A model generated the notes under the pieces. That model was given only the letters and a program-made list of their open reading frames with translations, was not told the origin of the DNA and made no database searches. This document shows positions 13,432-26,764 of a stretch of DNA of 64,000 bases, one piece after another. Position 1 is the first letter of the stretch. The number at the start of each line of letters is the position of its first letter. This stretch comes from Lineus longissimus (lineage: Eukaryota): NCBI RefSeq assembly GCF_910592395.1, contig NC_088308.1, forward strand, positions 1,302,001 to 1,366,000. The letters are read 5' to 3'. The translations under genes were made by a program, and so were the position numbers.

Positions 13432-16400
13432 TTATGAGGTATCCTCAGCAACTCCACGTGATGCGAGTGCCACGGAAACCTTCCGCAGCGAGGTCTGGAT
13501 GTGTGGATATTCCTGGTTCAGCTTGTCCACGATCGTACTGAGAGTATACATTCTGTCTGTCTGCTTGGTGGTTTCGGTATCGAGACCAGCATCAGTTTTG
13601 CACAAGCGAATGTATTTACCGTCCTTGACTTGCTGGTAATATTTCGCCTTCTGTTGCTTGGATATGATCTCGCTCATATTCTGCAAAGAAACATATAGAA
13701 ATATAGCCGTTGAATGGCTTGATAACAGAACCAAAGAAAATCTTAAAACAATACAGTACTGTACAATACAACCAACACAAAAGCTGGGCATGTATTCCAA
13801 CTGGCCAAACTGAGACAATGGGTGATATGAATAAAGACAAGCAAATGCTTTTACTACAATTTTGTACAGAAAGGCCTTGTGTAAATGTACATGGAGTTTT
13901 AGATAAAAGCATTTGCTAGTCTTTATTCATATCACCCAATGTTCTGTAAGGTAGTCTGCAAACTGTTTACATGTGCAACATACTGGTACAGGAAAACAAT
14001 CATCAAATCCAAGACAATTCCAGAAGAATTAAATGTGCAAGGCTGTGAGTTACTTCCTCCAAACCGAAACACCTCAGTCATTTTACTCCACCTACCTTTT
14101 GCTTCTGTTCCATGAGCCTCTCCACATCTCCATCGAGAGTGTCTGCACTGCTCTGCAGTTGATTACAATTGACCTGTCTCTCTTCAAGTTCCATGCTCAA
14201 TGTCTGTTGATGTTCGCGGAGATCTTTGATGTCAGCATCGCTGCTGTTAGCATCCTGAAAGAATTTCAATGTCATTAGGATGGCATAGTTACAGATGGCA
14301 TAGTGTTTTTATGTCATTCCAAAGGGGCTATATGCCGGTCTAGTGGTAAACCTTACATGAAGTTGTCAAGACTCATAGTCTGTAGAATGTGGGATTGGTA
14401 ATGGACAAAGACACATTTTTTGAATGGGATGTAACAAAAACTCATTGTACCTGGTGTCTGTGACAGGGCAAGCAGACGACCCCATCCAAAGCTGATGTGG
14501 TCTGTGGTGGACTCCTCAGTCTCATGAGTGTGGCCTTCGGTGTCTGGGCTATGGACGAGACTGTCCACAGGCGAACCAACTCGACCATTAGAACGGTATA
14601 AACTCAAACCTAACATACCTGGATTGTATTTTTAATTTTCTTTTTGGTCTCTGCAAGCTGTCTCTGGAATGTTCCCTTTGTAATGACTTTTTTGTTCATT
14701 TTTGTTTGGGCATCACCTCGAGTGACGATGGTGTCTCGTCGAGATACGGCCTTCTCCATCTCTTGTATCATCTTCTCCTGCTGCCTCATCAGCTGGGCAT
14801 AGCGGACTTGCATACGATGGATCTCTGCCTTCATGGCCCGCACCTCTCCCTGGCCGACCTCAGAGTCAACAGCTGCACGCGTCTCTTGGGCAAGCTGAGT
14901 TTTTTTCTCCCAGAGCATGATTTGGCGCCTGGCAAATAAAACAACACAGATGTTGCAAATCATTGTGTCAAACATCTTCTCTGGGATGGTAATTGATTTG
15001 AAAAACTAACATCAAAGCTAATAAAGGTGTCAAAGGATTCAGAGTCCATTGCAACGTCATTTTCTCTGTCAGTCTCTAATAGTTTCTACCGGTATTGCAT
15101 AAGGGTTTCTTCACCAGTTGCACAGGTACTGGCTAAATAACAAATGATTCAGTCTTATGCCCCTATTGCTACTTACTCGGCCTCAATCAAGCTGTTCAAT
15201 AATCTCTCCTTTTCTTCCGAGAGCTCCTCAAGGCGGGCCTGCATCTCGATTGATCCCTTCTCTGCTTCCTTCAGGGACTGAATAAAGTCAGTCTCGGTCA
15301 GGATGTTCTCCTGCTGTAGATCGTGGTTGACTCCAGCCTCCTTGTGAAGCAGCATGTTCAGTTTCAACATGTCATTCTGCATGTTACGGATGTTGCGCTC
15401 AATACATGCCATCTCATTCCTCTGGCTGTCAATTTCACCTAAAAGAAATTTGATGCCAGGTCTATCAGGATTTGGTGCCCTATACTTTCATGTTTTCTGA
15501 TTTGGATAAGATGTTTGCCTTTAGGAAACTTTCTTTGAATAAAGGTATAATCTAGGACCAACCTGTCAGTTTGGTGATTTCGAGGCCTATGTATCATTTT
15601 TATCAATGGGTGCATCTTTATTTAAGCACATCCAATGGAGAGACTATAGCTTGAGTTGAAGCAGTAGGCTATAGCAACTTGGTGGACCAAATTGAGGACT
15701 TTTGATAACAAACAGCCTAGACTTTATATTAGACAAATTTTTAAACTGAATTTGTCTGTGTCTTTTTTCTATCATTTCTTATGATTCATAAGACTTACAT
15801 TCAATTCTGATCTTTTTCTGCGAGATGATCGTGAGCTGTTTCTTGAGTCTCTCCACGTCTGTCGACTGGACGTCCTTCTCCTTGCTCAGTTTCACCAACT
15901 CGCTCTGCTCACGAAGCCACATCTGCTGCAGCTCCCCGATGTCTGATAAACGTGCATCGATAGACTTCTGGAGCGAGTTGATCTGGATTTCCAATGGACC
16001 GACCTCTACACCCTAAAAAGAGACAGTAAACTGGTTTTTGGGCCGGGAGCTTTGTAATGAATTATTGAGAAGTCTGTGTGGTGCTGGCCAGTCATGGTTT
16101 GAAAGGACCTGGCCTATTTTCTCATTAAATCAATTCAAAATACAGCTTCATCAAACACTGGTGAATCCATACCTGTCGTTTCTATTTCATTTGAGTTTCT
16201 TCAGAATTTCATTCCCAACACATGGCATTGGATCAGGATAGATCTACGACTACGAGGATTAAGGAAAAGAAGCATTCTGAAACTTATTCAGTTTGGGCGT
16301 GTCATCTGAGAGAATGCAGGTCGAGGAGGTGACACCAGCGCTATAAAGATCTTACCCCCGCACTTGTAATCATCTGCTCCAACTTCTTATTGAACTGGTC

Positions 16401-19400
16401 AATGATGCCTTGCTTTCTCTCAATGATGGCGTTCCTCCTGACAATCTCATTCTCACTTTTCGTAATACTCTCGTTCTTCACTCGAATCTCATCATCCAGG
16501 CCGTCAAAGATCTTGACAAGACGTTCAATTCTTGACTTAGTGTTCGAAACGTCAAGAGCATATCGCGAAATTTCATTCTCGACTTGGGCTACTTGGGCTT
16601 CCTGAAAAACAATACCGAATAGCACTGATTAAAGAAGTAGGCATTGAAAAAGACTTGTGAGTAAACTGTTCACATGAAGGGCTGATGCACAAGCTCAGAA
16701 GATGACAACATACTACTGATGCAGGAAAGCTGGGCACAATCAGAGTTCTACTTCCACATCTTCTAGGCCAGGTGAATCTGTTTAAGAAGAGTCTATTCGC
16801 AGGTAAACATGGTCTTGTTTCATCACATGATGGATGGGGTCAGAAGCCAACCATCGCAAGCTTCTAAGTCGGAACCCATGACAACAACGAATATGACTGA
16901 CAACTTAACCACTGGACCACCCCACCCCTTGGTATCCTATACTGGGACTTACCAATTCTTTGGTTCGACCTCTCATCTTTCCTGTGAGTTTATCAGTGTA
17001 GATAGCAGCTTTCTCCATAGTCAGCTGAGACCGGATCTTTTCCATTATCTCATCCTCGAGTTTGACTTTCTCCAGGTATTCTCGCTCAATCTGCTTGCGG
17101 AGGGCATTCACTTCATTCTCACGAAGTTGTTTATCCTGAAGGGAAAGAAAATTGGAAGATAGTTTAGAGTCAGAAATTCATGAGGACAAAAACCATCAGC
17201 TAAGAAGGGGAGATCTATCACATTGCATTGAACAAAGATGATGGCCATAGTTAAAAATGCCTGCTCGTGACGAAGTAAGTCTGCAACAAGTCAAATAACC
17301 AAAGACAGAACATTGAAATACATCTCAACAGAATATTTCAAAACCTACTGTCATGGCTCTGTTGAGTGCCTGCTCTGTCTCGTGCAGCATCCTGGTATAA
17401 GTTGCATACTCGGCTTTCAAAGCCTCGTGCTTTGCCTGGACCTGTGCCAGCAGCTTTTTCACCATGGCGATGTCGACCTCCGTCTTATTCAGGATCAGAG
17501 TCAGCTTCTCGTTCTGTTCTTGCTCTTTCCCGATTTGTCTTTTGAAGCCGTCAATCTCTGTCTCAAGTGAAAGGATCATCTGTTGTTGTTGGCTGTGAAC
17601 AGAAGATTTGCACGAGGTTAGTCTCTTAGACTATAGACTGGAGGCTTTTTGAAGGGTAGTGCAGCAATATGAATTATGATGCCTCTGTTAGCAGGACACC
17701 GTCTCTATTAAGGACATTGATCCTGCTCCGTAACTGAGCATTTCCTTTCAGTGTAACCGCTGTCTGTACTAAGGACACCTCTACACGTACATCATGGCCA
17801 TCATTTTCAGTCTCAATAGTGTCGTTAATAGAGAGGTATTTACATTAACTAAGCCTTCCCATCCTGAAAATCTACTTACTTGAGTGCTTCATTCATAGCA
17901 GCATGAGCTTCATCTCTTCTCCTCATACCGATCAGACTGCTCGACCACTGCTGGAACAGCTGCTTCTTCTCAAGATTAATCGCTTCAATCTCAGTTTGAG
18001 CCTCCATCAACGTTTCCTTGGCAACCTTGGTCTCCTCCGACTGGGCAGTGATCTGAGCGTCATACATGGCGATCTCCTCCTTCAACTTGTCCACTCTCTC
18101 GACCAGACGATCTACAAACAAGTCCTGAAGTTGTTGAAGATAGAGAATTAGAAATGTCTCAAAAACTTGCCAAATGCTACTGACATGTACAGGTTGGCCA
18201 AAAAGACAAAATCTTTAAAAATGGCTGGGTTGTGACCGGCACAGTGAAGCATTCCCAAATAATGTCTGCTGGACAACTTAGGTAGCTTTACTCACTTTTG
18301 ATGCCTGATCAACCACATTCGGCTTAATCTCTGTTCTCGTACCTGTTTTTGTTTCTGAATTTCAGACTTAGCAACTTCTGTTTCAGCTTTCTCCGCAGCT
18401 CTTCTCATCACAGCGATATCTGATCGCACATCTTCTTTCGCATTATGCATGTAGAAGATACGCAAGTTCAGGTTCTCGACTTCTTGTTGAAGTTCGGCAG
18501 CTGCAGGAATAAACAAGAATGGTTGTTAGTACTAACATACTGTATTCGTCTTGAAATTCAGTTCAATCAAATTAAACTCAAATCACGTAATGTCACAGGC
18601 CAAACCCTTTGTGAGAGTCAATTAATTCTCCGACGTTTTGTGGGTAACAGCAGATCCCGTCATCATACTTACTTTTCTTTTTCTCACTGTTGAAGTGACC
18701 CTGTGTCTGTTTGTACATGCTGCGCACTTCAGCTAGCTGTTGCTCCTCTTGGTTTTTCTGCTGATTGACAGAGGTGTACTCATCGTGTTTGCCCTCCAGG
18801 GTCATCTGGTAGCGAGCAAGTTCCTGTTGGACGCCATAAAGGTCAACGCCAGTATCTTCTCGTTCTTTCCTCTTTTTAGTCAAAGCCTCAACCTAGAAAC
18901 AAAACATATACATTTTAGTTTTTGAGGATAACACCTTTTGACAAAGGGGCTCTCAGCAAGCACAATTCCAATCTTCACAAAGAAGAAGAGACACCCTGTA
19001 TGACAGGGTTGTAGTTAGTGCGGACACAGTCAAGGATACCTACCAATTCCCTTAGTTCAAGCGTGACTTTCTCCTGTTGCTTGTAGAGATGTTTCTTCAA
19101 AGCCCCTTGGAATCTTCTCATGAGTGGCTGAAAAGGAGAAAGTCTGAGTGTTAAGCAAATGTTACAAATGACAAGATATCATACATAAAATCTGACTTGT
19201 TTTTCTATCATTTGGGAGGAAGTCCCTCGAGTCGTTTTTTACAGACAGTAAGCATCTGAGCAAAGTGTGGGACATGAAGAAGTTCCTCAGTTATTCAAGC
19301 ACCCAGATAGGATACTTACATGATCTGGGTCAAGGACGACCAGCTCAGACTCTCCATCATCACTCTCTTCTTCTTCTTCTCCTTCATCACCGTAATCTCC

Positions 19401-21732
19401 ACCATCATCACCGCTGTCGCCGCCATCACTGTCACCACCACCATCACCAGGGTCACCTGATGGCACCATGTCTTGGATCGGGTAGTCTGGCTCAGCAGGA
19501 GGTTCAAAGTCATCTAAAAATACAATTCCTCACATAGTAATTTGAGAAATCTATTCATGATAAATTTCTTTGAGGAAATCTTTAACCCATCAAAATAACC
19601 GATAAAGCCAATGTGCCATTGCCAGTGCAATGCCATGTTTGTCTCAGTTTGTCAGATTGGAAAATGGTCTCATTCCCCATATGTCTCCATTTACATCCAA
19701 CATCCAAAATCGGAAAGTATAGATCATTCCATACTTTATAAGCAGGTTGTTTGGAAATAACCAACAGCTACCAATAGTACCTTGTTCATCCTCAGGTTCT
19801 TGTCCACCAGGGGCCTCCTGCTCCACTGGCCAATCTCCTTGCTGGGATGAAGGTTTACCAGATCCAAGTCGACCTGATCCACCTGATCTAACAGACTTTG
19901 CGGACATTGCAGACCTGCTAGCTGGTGATCCAGTAGGTTCAACTGCGGCTTCTTGAAATGTTAGAAATGAAGGCACTTAGTTTGACAAATAGTAACAATT
20001 GGGTAAGGAGGAATGGGAGGTGCTCTGCCATTTTAGCACAAATCATTTTATTGAGGCAATTTGTGATAAATGAAGTTGTTTATGACAAATACAATAAACA
20101 TGTCACATCCCAATCACTCTCACCAAACATAAGTTCACCTTTTGCATTTAATAGTGAAAAGTAAGCCATATCTTACCTGAAGTAGCCGATACAGGTCTTG
20201 AACCAGCTGGGGCTTCCTCACCACGCTGAGACGCAGCAGACCCTGACTTCTTGGATCCAACACTACCCTTGGACGCTGCAGACATTGGTCTTCCCTGGGC
20301 AGATCCAGCAGCAGACGCAGGTCGCCCAGCAGAACTCCTACGACTACCGGCAGCAGATTGGGCTTTCTCTGGTGTACCTGCTGCTGATCTTCTCTCGCTG
20401 CCTGCAACTGAAGCCGGTTTCTCTGGTGTACCAGACCCAGAACCTCTCACACTGCCAGTGGTCGATGGTAATCTCTCCATACTTCCGGTTCGGCTTCCTC
20501 CTGGAGTCCCGGCACCTGATGCTAGCCTCTCAGCAGAACCTCTGTGACTGCCACTGGCTACAGACCCAGCTTTCTGAGAGCCCTGATCCTGAGCAGCAGA
20601 TGTAGGACGGGATGCTGGCTTAGAGGCTGCAGAAGTTGGCCTTGAACCAGCCTTTGATCCAGACTTGACACTAGTTGGGCGCCCAGACTGAGGACGAGAA
20701 CCAGGTTTTCCTGATGGAGGCCTTGAGCTCTTCTCATTCTGACCTTCAGGTGAGTAGTGACCGGTATCAAACTGAAACAAAAACCAACAGACAGTTTTAG
20801 AAGGTGCCAAGTGACTGATTGACATGATGAAAGAGATGTTAGCTATGATTATGACTTAAAAACACCAATACTGCCTTTAATCACTTCACTACTGAATATT
20901 TTTGACGTTATTCGGTGACAGTTGAGTAATGGACTCTATAGAATCAGCCAATGAGTCTACAGAAGAATATTTGAATGATGTCCATTCAATGTTTTGATAT
21001 CTTCAAAAACAATTTAGCAATTTATTGAATTCAAAGAAAATTTACTTCAAGTGTCTATATTTGCCAGAGTGGGTCATATCTTCCAATTTTCTCCAGACCA
21101 AATAGACTAGAACACCAGCACTAGAACTTATCGAGGCAGATTAGACAGAATAGTACTTTTCTTTACCTCCTGCAGAGCTGCAACAGTAACACCAGTCACA
21201 ACTCCTTCTACTGTCATCCTGGATGTAGCCGACCCAGGTCGGGATCCTGTACCCTTAGGAATTTCTTCGCTGCAAAGAAATGAAATTTGTTTCTAATTAT
21301 ACTAGTAATAGTAGGCCTATAGCCATAGGCCTGGCTATGACTTTATGAGGGACCATGTCAGATGACCACTATTATTTACTTCTTAGCACTTTTGTCAAAG
21401 CTACCCCACCGGAACCACAGGAAAACCCGTCAGGCAAGTTATTTTCGTATGTCGCATACACCCATGATTTGATGAGCAGAAGCCAGAACTGTCAACTGAG
21501 TCTGTCTGAGTATTAGACTAGAGTAAAGTCGAGACCATAGCCCGAAAAAAAGTTGGAAAATCGTTTATTTTTTAGCCAAACCGATTGGGAAAGTCCATAA
21601 AATGTTGACATAGATTCAATAATTCTTTATATTAAACAATGTCTCAAGAAAACTGTTTTCTAATGCGAACTTAAGCTCCTCTGGCAGCTTTATTTCATCA
21701 TTTTTGTCTCACCTATCCTCTTGGTCCGCCAT
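13432..21732 (-). CDS. CCDC40: Coiled-coil domain-containing protein 40 (axonemal ruler); 17 exons: 21732-21713, 21269-21167, 20771-20177, 19951-19781, 19513-19320, 19127-19044, 18892-18673, 18500-18343, 18124-17880, 17592-17349, 17135-16953, 16601-16356, 16012-15799, 15438-15177, 14928-14619, 14254-14096, 13680-13432
   Basis: ELVVLDPDHPLMRRFQ, GVDLYGVQQELAR, QWSSSLIGMRRRDEA, QIMLWEKKTQLA…EIHRMQVR motifs and long coiled coils. GT-AG junctions are phase-compatible. Confidence 0.93.
14335..14520 (+). mobile_element. Degenerate SINE-like fragment in a CCDC40 intron
   Basis: A-box-like GGTCTAGTGGT, then TACCTGGTGTCTGTGACAGGGCAAG…GTGGACTC, which recalls a conserved central domain of invertebrate SINEs (from memory, not searched). 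Confidence 0.35.
17681..17847. mobile_element. MITE family copy 2 (related to 3699-3867)
   Basis: Shares AGCAGGACAC…TATTAAGGACA…AAGGACACCTCT…TAATAGAGAGGT blocks. Confidence 0.55.
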
Positions 21733-24003
21733 GATGTGATTGTTGTTACCACGGGTTTCCACTTCGGAAATTTTCCGGAATTACCCGAAGTTGAATTGCG
21801 GTTGTTTCGCTCCCTGACCTTTTCGCTCCAAATCGAAAAGATCAGGGAGCGAAACGAACGGATACCTCCGAAGTTGATGCTAAGGTCTCGTTGGGGAGGT
21901 TTTCCCAAATGTACGCGATGATGACGTGTCCCATTAACAGGACGTTACATCTATTTTAAAATGCGTTTCCAAAGTGATTGCATGATGTCATTAGTTACCA
22001 ACATATGCCTTAGAGGGGGCAGAATGGCACTGTTTAGACAAGAAGCCTCTCCAACAGCCCCAGGAATATTGGATAGAACGGCACAGTACTAGGTCCCAGT
22101 AATAAATATTGCCATAAAGACATATGATATTGTTCTGGGACTTATGTAAGATTAGTTCTCTCCGCCAAACCCAAGACTGAAGGATTAAAATCTTGTGTTT
22201 ATCGGCTAACAAATGCAAACACTTCCAATGAACCCCCTACAAGAGAAGAGTGGCTCTTCTTCTCTCCGACTTTGACACCCTACTGCGAACATATCAATAG
22301 ATCAGCCAGCGGTCCTCGGTGTCGCCGCGTGGGTTACGTCCAGTGAAATTGTTTGCAAAGGTCAGGGAACCACGATCTGACATCCATAACCAGCGTATTC
22401 CCTTTTCATGCCAGTTACAGTCGGGTGCTACACCACAGTCGGGATAGTGGCAGCCATGAATTGTTGTTGAATTTAAAACTGTTAACTGTTTACGTCAATT
22501 TACATATAATTAGACAAATGGTATTTGATTAGGGATGGCAATTAAAATTGCCGTTGAACATGTACATGAAGTGCAGTGATGTACATAATTCAACATGTCT
22601 GGCTTGAAATTTCAAACTGCGCAGTTCATTCCCGCCTTGATTGTATGACTATTTCTACAATAAAAACCCTTTGAAACCAACCCCGTATACCTTTATCAGG
22701 AATAGATACTGTGTCTTACCTTCTGCTGCAGCCGTTTTGATTTGTTTCGGAAAATTTGAAGGCATTTTTACGTTTGAAATCGGAGAAAGTGTTCCTGCGG
22801 TGTTCTCCGCATCTCACACACCAACCGACTGGCGTTCAAATCAACCGCGGCCGATCATGACCAAAGACAATACATTTGACGTAACAGCATCCGGGCACCC
22901 CCTTGAACCAGGCCGGCTAGTAGTTATCTGCTCAACCGAGACCTTTGTTCTGTCAATGATCAATATGACAGGCATTGTTAAAATGTTGGATTTGCTTTAG
23001 CATACATACTTGTACATGTACATATGCTGAGCTGTGGAAATGCATTAGGCAGGTTCCGTAAGCCAAAAGACGATGTAAATGCATTTTATATCGACGATTT
23101 TTAAAAAAATCATTTCCCCAATTCCTTCTACAACCAAGTATAAAATATGGTTCAGTGTCGTGTAAATCAATTGTTTCGAAACCTGCAATCATTCGAAACA
23201 GAATACAATTGCCAACTTTGATAGCATGATATCAGACTTGATTCGGTCGGGTCACTTAATGGGTTGTCCATTCAACACTCCTGTCTCCTGGGTAAGACGA
23301 ACTAAAAATGAGTGATCCAATCTTGCCAGGCTTATTATAAAAGCTTCAGCCGTCATTGGATTGCCCCACCTGGAAAAAATTGGCATGTGGGTATGTGGGT
23401 ATGTGGTATGTGGTATGGGGTTTTAGATACTGCCTTAACCAGCAACAGGTTGTGAGAGACAGGGGCCGACGTCATGAAAGACATGGCGGGGCCCAAGTCA
23501 TACAAGACAGAAGACTGTTTCGCCCCTCACATCCATTCTGAACCATCAGAGTTAATTGGTCCGTTGGTGTAACGGAGTCCATGTCGGTGGAGTGACTCCA
23601 AGGCTTGAGGGTCAAGATGCTCACACCAGCCGCCGGCTGTGAAAGACCGGAGACTTCTCGTTTACCACAGCCAACGAGTTCTGCTTTCGAGCGAGTGTCG
23701 AAGGTCTTGGTATCGTTAAAAGTCCGTTAGTGGATGTGATGTAGACATGGATGACAATGACCGATGGTGAGATATGCCATGGCAGGAAATGAATACTTTG
23801 ATCAACTTTATTTTGCAGAAAACAGGAGCCCTTAATCACGAAATGCAGTGGTGTAGAAGGAGAAGGAGTCACCTCTTGTACTTCTACTTGTAATCCCTGG
23901 GTTGTCTCATTATTTCATTTTGTAGCATTTAATGTATATCTTTTGAAATAAATGACTTGTTTAATATGACTGTTCAATTCTGTCTGGTAATGAGTAGAAG
24001 GGT

Positions 24004-24161
24004 GGGAGAGGTGTCATGACACTATTGCTGACCATTTCATCATCTCATCACTTTAGTGAGTGGAAGGGAGGGAGAGGTGTCATGACACTAATTGCTGGCC
24101 ATTTCGACATCTTATCCGGGATCTCATCACTTTCGTGAGGGAGCGAAGGTGTCATGACACT
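24004..24161. repeat. Three degenerate tandem copies (~65-75 bp)
   Basis: AGGTGTCATGACACT occurs three times and ATCTCATCACTTT twice. Confidence 0.7.
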
Positions 24162-26764
24162 TAACCAAACGTTGAAGTCAACAAGAGAAATTTATATTTT
24201 TTATGACTTTGGGTATGAATTCACATGAGAAAGAATCTTGTTCAAAATCTGGTGATAATATCTCAGCTGATTTTCATTGACACTGCCATCAACTGAAAGT
24301 AAACGAAAAGTTTTAAAATAGTTTAAAAATTCCATTACAACTAGCGCCAAAGCCAGCCACGTGCTATTTTCCCGACATTAAGTTCTCATTAGGGACTTTT
24401 TGTATTCATGCGCGGCCAACCGCTAACTGTAGTACCTAATCATTGATTTCTCGGTCCTCACAGTATGTCAGTGTTGATTCAGCAGTTGTTTTGGCAAAGA
24501 TATGTTTTGTTGGAGTTTCTGAAACCTAGAGCGCTACTCAATAGGCGGCTAACAAGAAACTACGCATTTACTGTTGTTGCCGACGTATGTGTACACTGAA
24601 CTTGGGATGTTGGTCCAGTGTCAGTTGGTGCGTTTTTCGCTGATTTGTGCAACATTCAACATATCTCAAAAGTTCAATGGTTGACCCTCGGGGTTTTTTT
24701 TGTTTTTGTGTTGCGTAACCAACTGTCTTTCATTGGATAATGGTCACTGTAAGAATTATTCAGAAAGAAATGTATAATATTTGGGGTTTTTCGTGATTGT
24801 CCGGCCCAATTGGCAATATTGCCATTTGGGATGGTGAACAGAGCTAAGAGCAAATGCGACGCTTATGATTTATTTAAAGAAATAAAATGCCCGATTTAAC
24901 ATCCTGCAGAATCAGGGGAATCGGGCGTTTCCAGTGATATACGACACAAATGGGTTGTCCTCATGCATTCACTTTGGAAACGCATTTTTAAAAAATATAT
25001 GTTATGTCCTGTTAATGGGGCACGTCATCATCGCGTACATTTGGGAAAAACTCCCTAACGAGACCAAAGGCTGGGTTCAGACAAGGCCGGACACGAGCAT
25101 ATGCATGTACAGTTTACAAGAAGCGACAAACACAACTAACAAAGATGGCCGACCTGCAGAAAAATTGCAATTATTGTAAATAATTAATGTAATTATTAGA
25201 ACTGATTTGCTCAAATTAGCATCGTTCTAAAGTCTTGAAATTAACAGACGTGCGGTATATGTACGTAAACAGTACAAATATATATATTCTGATGATAAAA
25301 ATACTATATTTTGGCAGCATTTTCCGCACGTCGGTAAAGGTCGGGGTAGGTCGGGAATTAGTATGACCCCGGCCCAGAGCAACTGTTGAAATGGTCCCTT
25401 AAGTATAAAATTATCATTTTGACCATTATCGTAACCATATTTTCCATCATCGCGATAGCAGAAGGTTATCAGGTAAAGTCCTTTCGATTCAACTGTGAAG
25501 AAAAGTTGATTTCAAACTTATAGACAAAGTTACAGCGCGTAGCGTGCTGTTGCTGTTAGTTTTCACCATCGACTGTCAAACATGTCAAATACACTACGGG
25601 TCGGGAGTGTACACGCAATGACACATGCAATGCATGCTGCTTGTACAATCATGGACATGCATGTCTTGTATGATGTGTACAGTGTGGAAATGTATGTAGT
25701 GTAAGTAATACACAATACATCACAACTTCATCATGTTCATCAACTCAACTTACAGTATAGTAAGTGTATCATTCATAGTATCAATTCCAATACCACTGCA
25801 CTTGTAAGTTACTTTTTACTAGGAGAAACTAATGTACTAATCATGTATTGTATGTACCTGACATGTTGTTTTCGATATGATTGATACTTCTTGATAGCTT
25901 ATTCTCTGAAATCTCTCATCTCTTTCCCTCTAATGTGCTGGACCGTCCTGGCTTTGTGTTTTTCTGGAGTATTTCAAGGGTGGGTGGAGCACGTATATAC
26001 GACCATATGGCATGCGGTTTTAAGCTTCCCTCGGCTCGGGAGAGAAGCTTCAAAAGGAGGAAAGACTATAAGTATTAGGACTTGGAATCTTTGAAGGGCT
26101 GTGGGAGAGAGGGGTAAAGGAATTTTGGTGAATGGCCGTATTTGATTGAGGAAGAGAGGATGGTTGGATGAATCTCACTCTGCATCATTCTCTTTGGTTG
26201 ACCAAAGTGTGATCAACGGCAATGTCATTATGTTCTTGATTTGGAACATTGCTGAGAGTTAGAGGCCGCTGTTTCATCTCTTCCTGCCAATTCTGCCTCT
26301 ATCATTTTCGGTCATGGGGTACCATAGTCTTTCGAATCCTGGCCGAAACTGTCAGGTTGAATGCCTAGTTTTGGCCTGTCGAAATAGTTACATGAAATCA
26401 TATCAAGCTTTCTGTAATCAGCTACATTAGTTCTGTTCTTGGATGAACCATTTGCAGCAGCTTGCCTTTTATTAAAGCATACTCATTCATGTAGTCATGC
26501 ATTGATTGGATACATGAATGACAATGATGAATAATGGGGGAATTATTCATACAATTCATATGAATGTGACCGACGAAGAAACGTCTTGTGTTTAGCCACG
26601 TGTTGTTTATGTTCCCATCTGTTGCAGAATGGTGAGCCTGAGGGATGAAAAAGGCAAAACATTTCAGACTCTCACTCTGCTAACCCTGAAATCTTTCTTG
26701 TGTTGTTTCAGACGATGTTCTAATTCCATTCTCCAAACAATCTAGACCACACTGCCAAAGAAGG

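Noticed and set aside
20198..20605. Plus-strand ORFs over CCDC40 (and similar antisense ORFs over other exons)
   Set aside because: Shadow ORFs explained by coding bias on the opposite strand.
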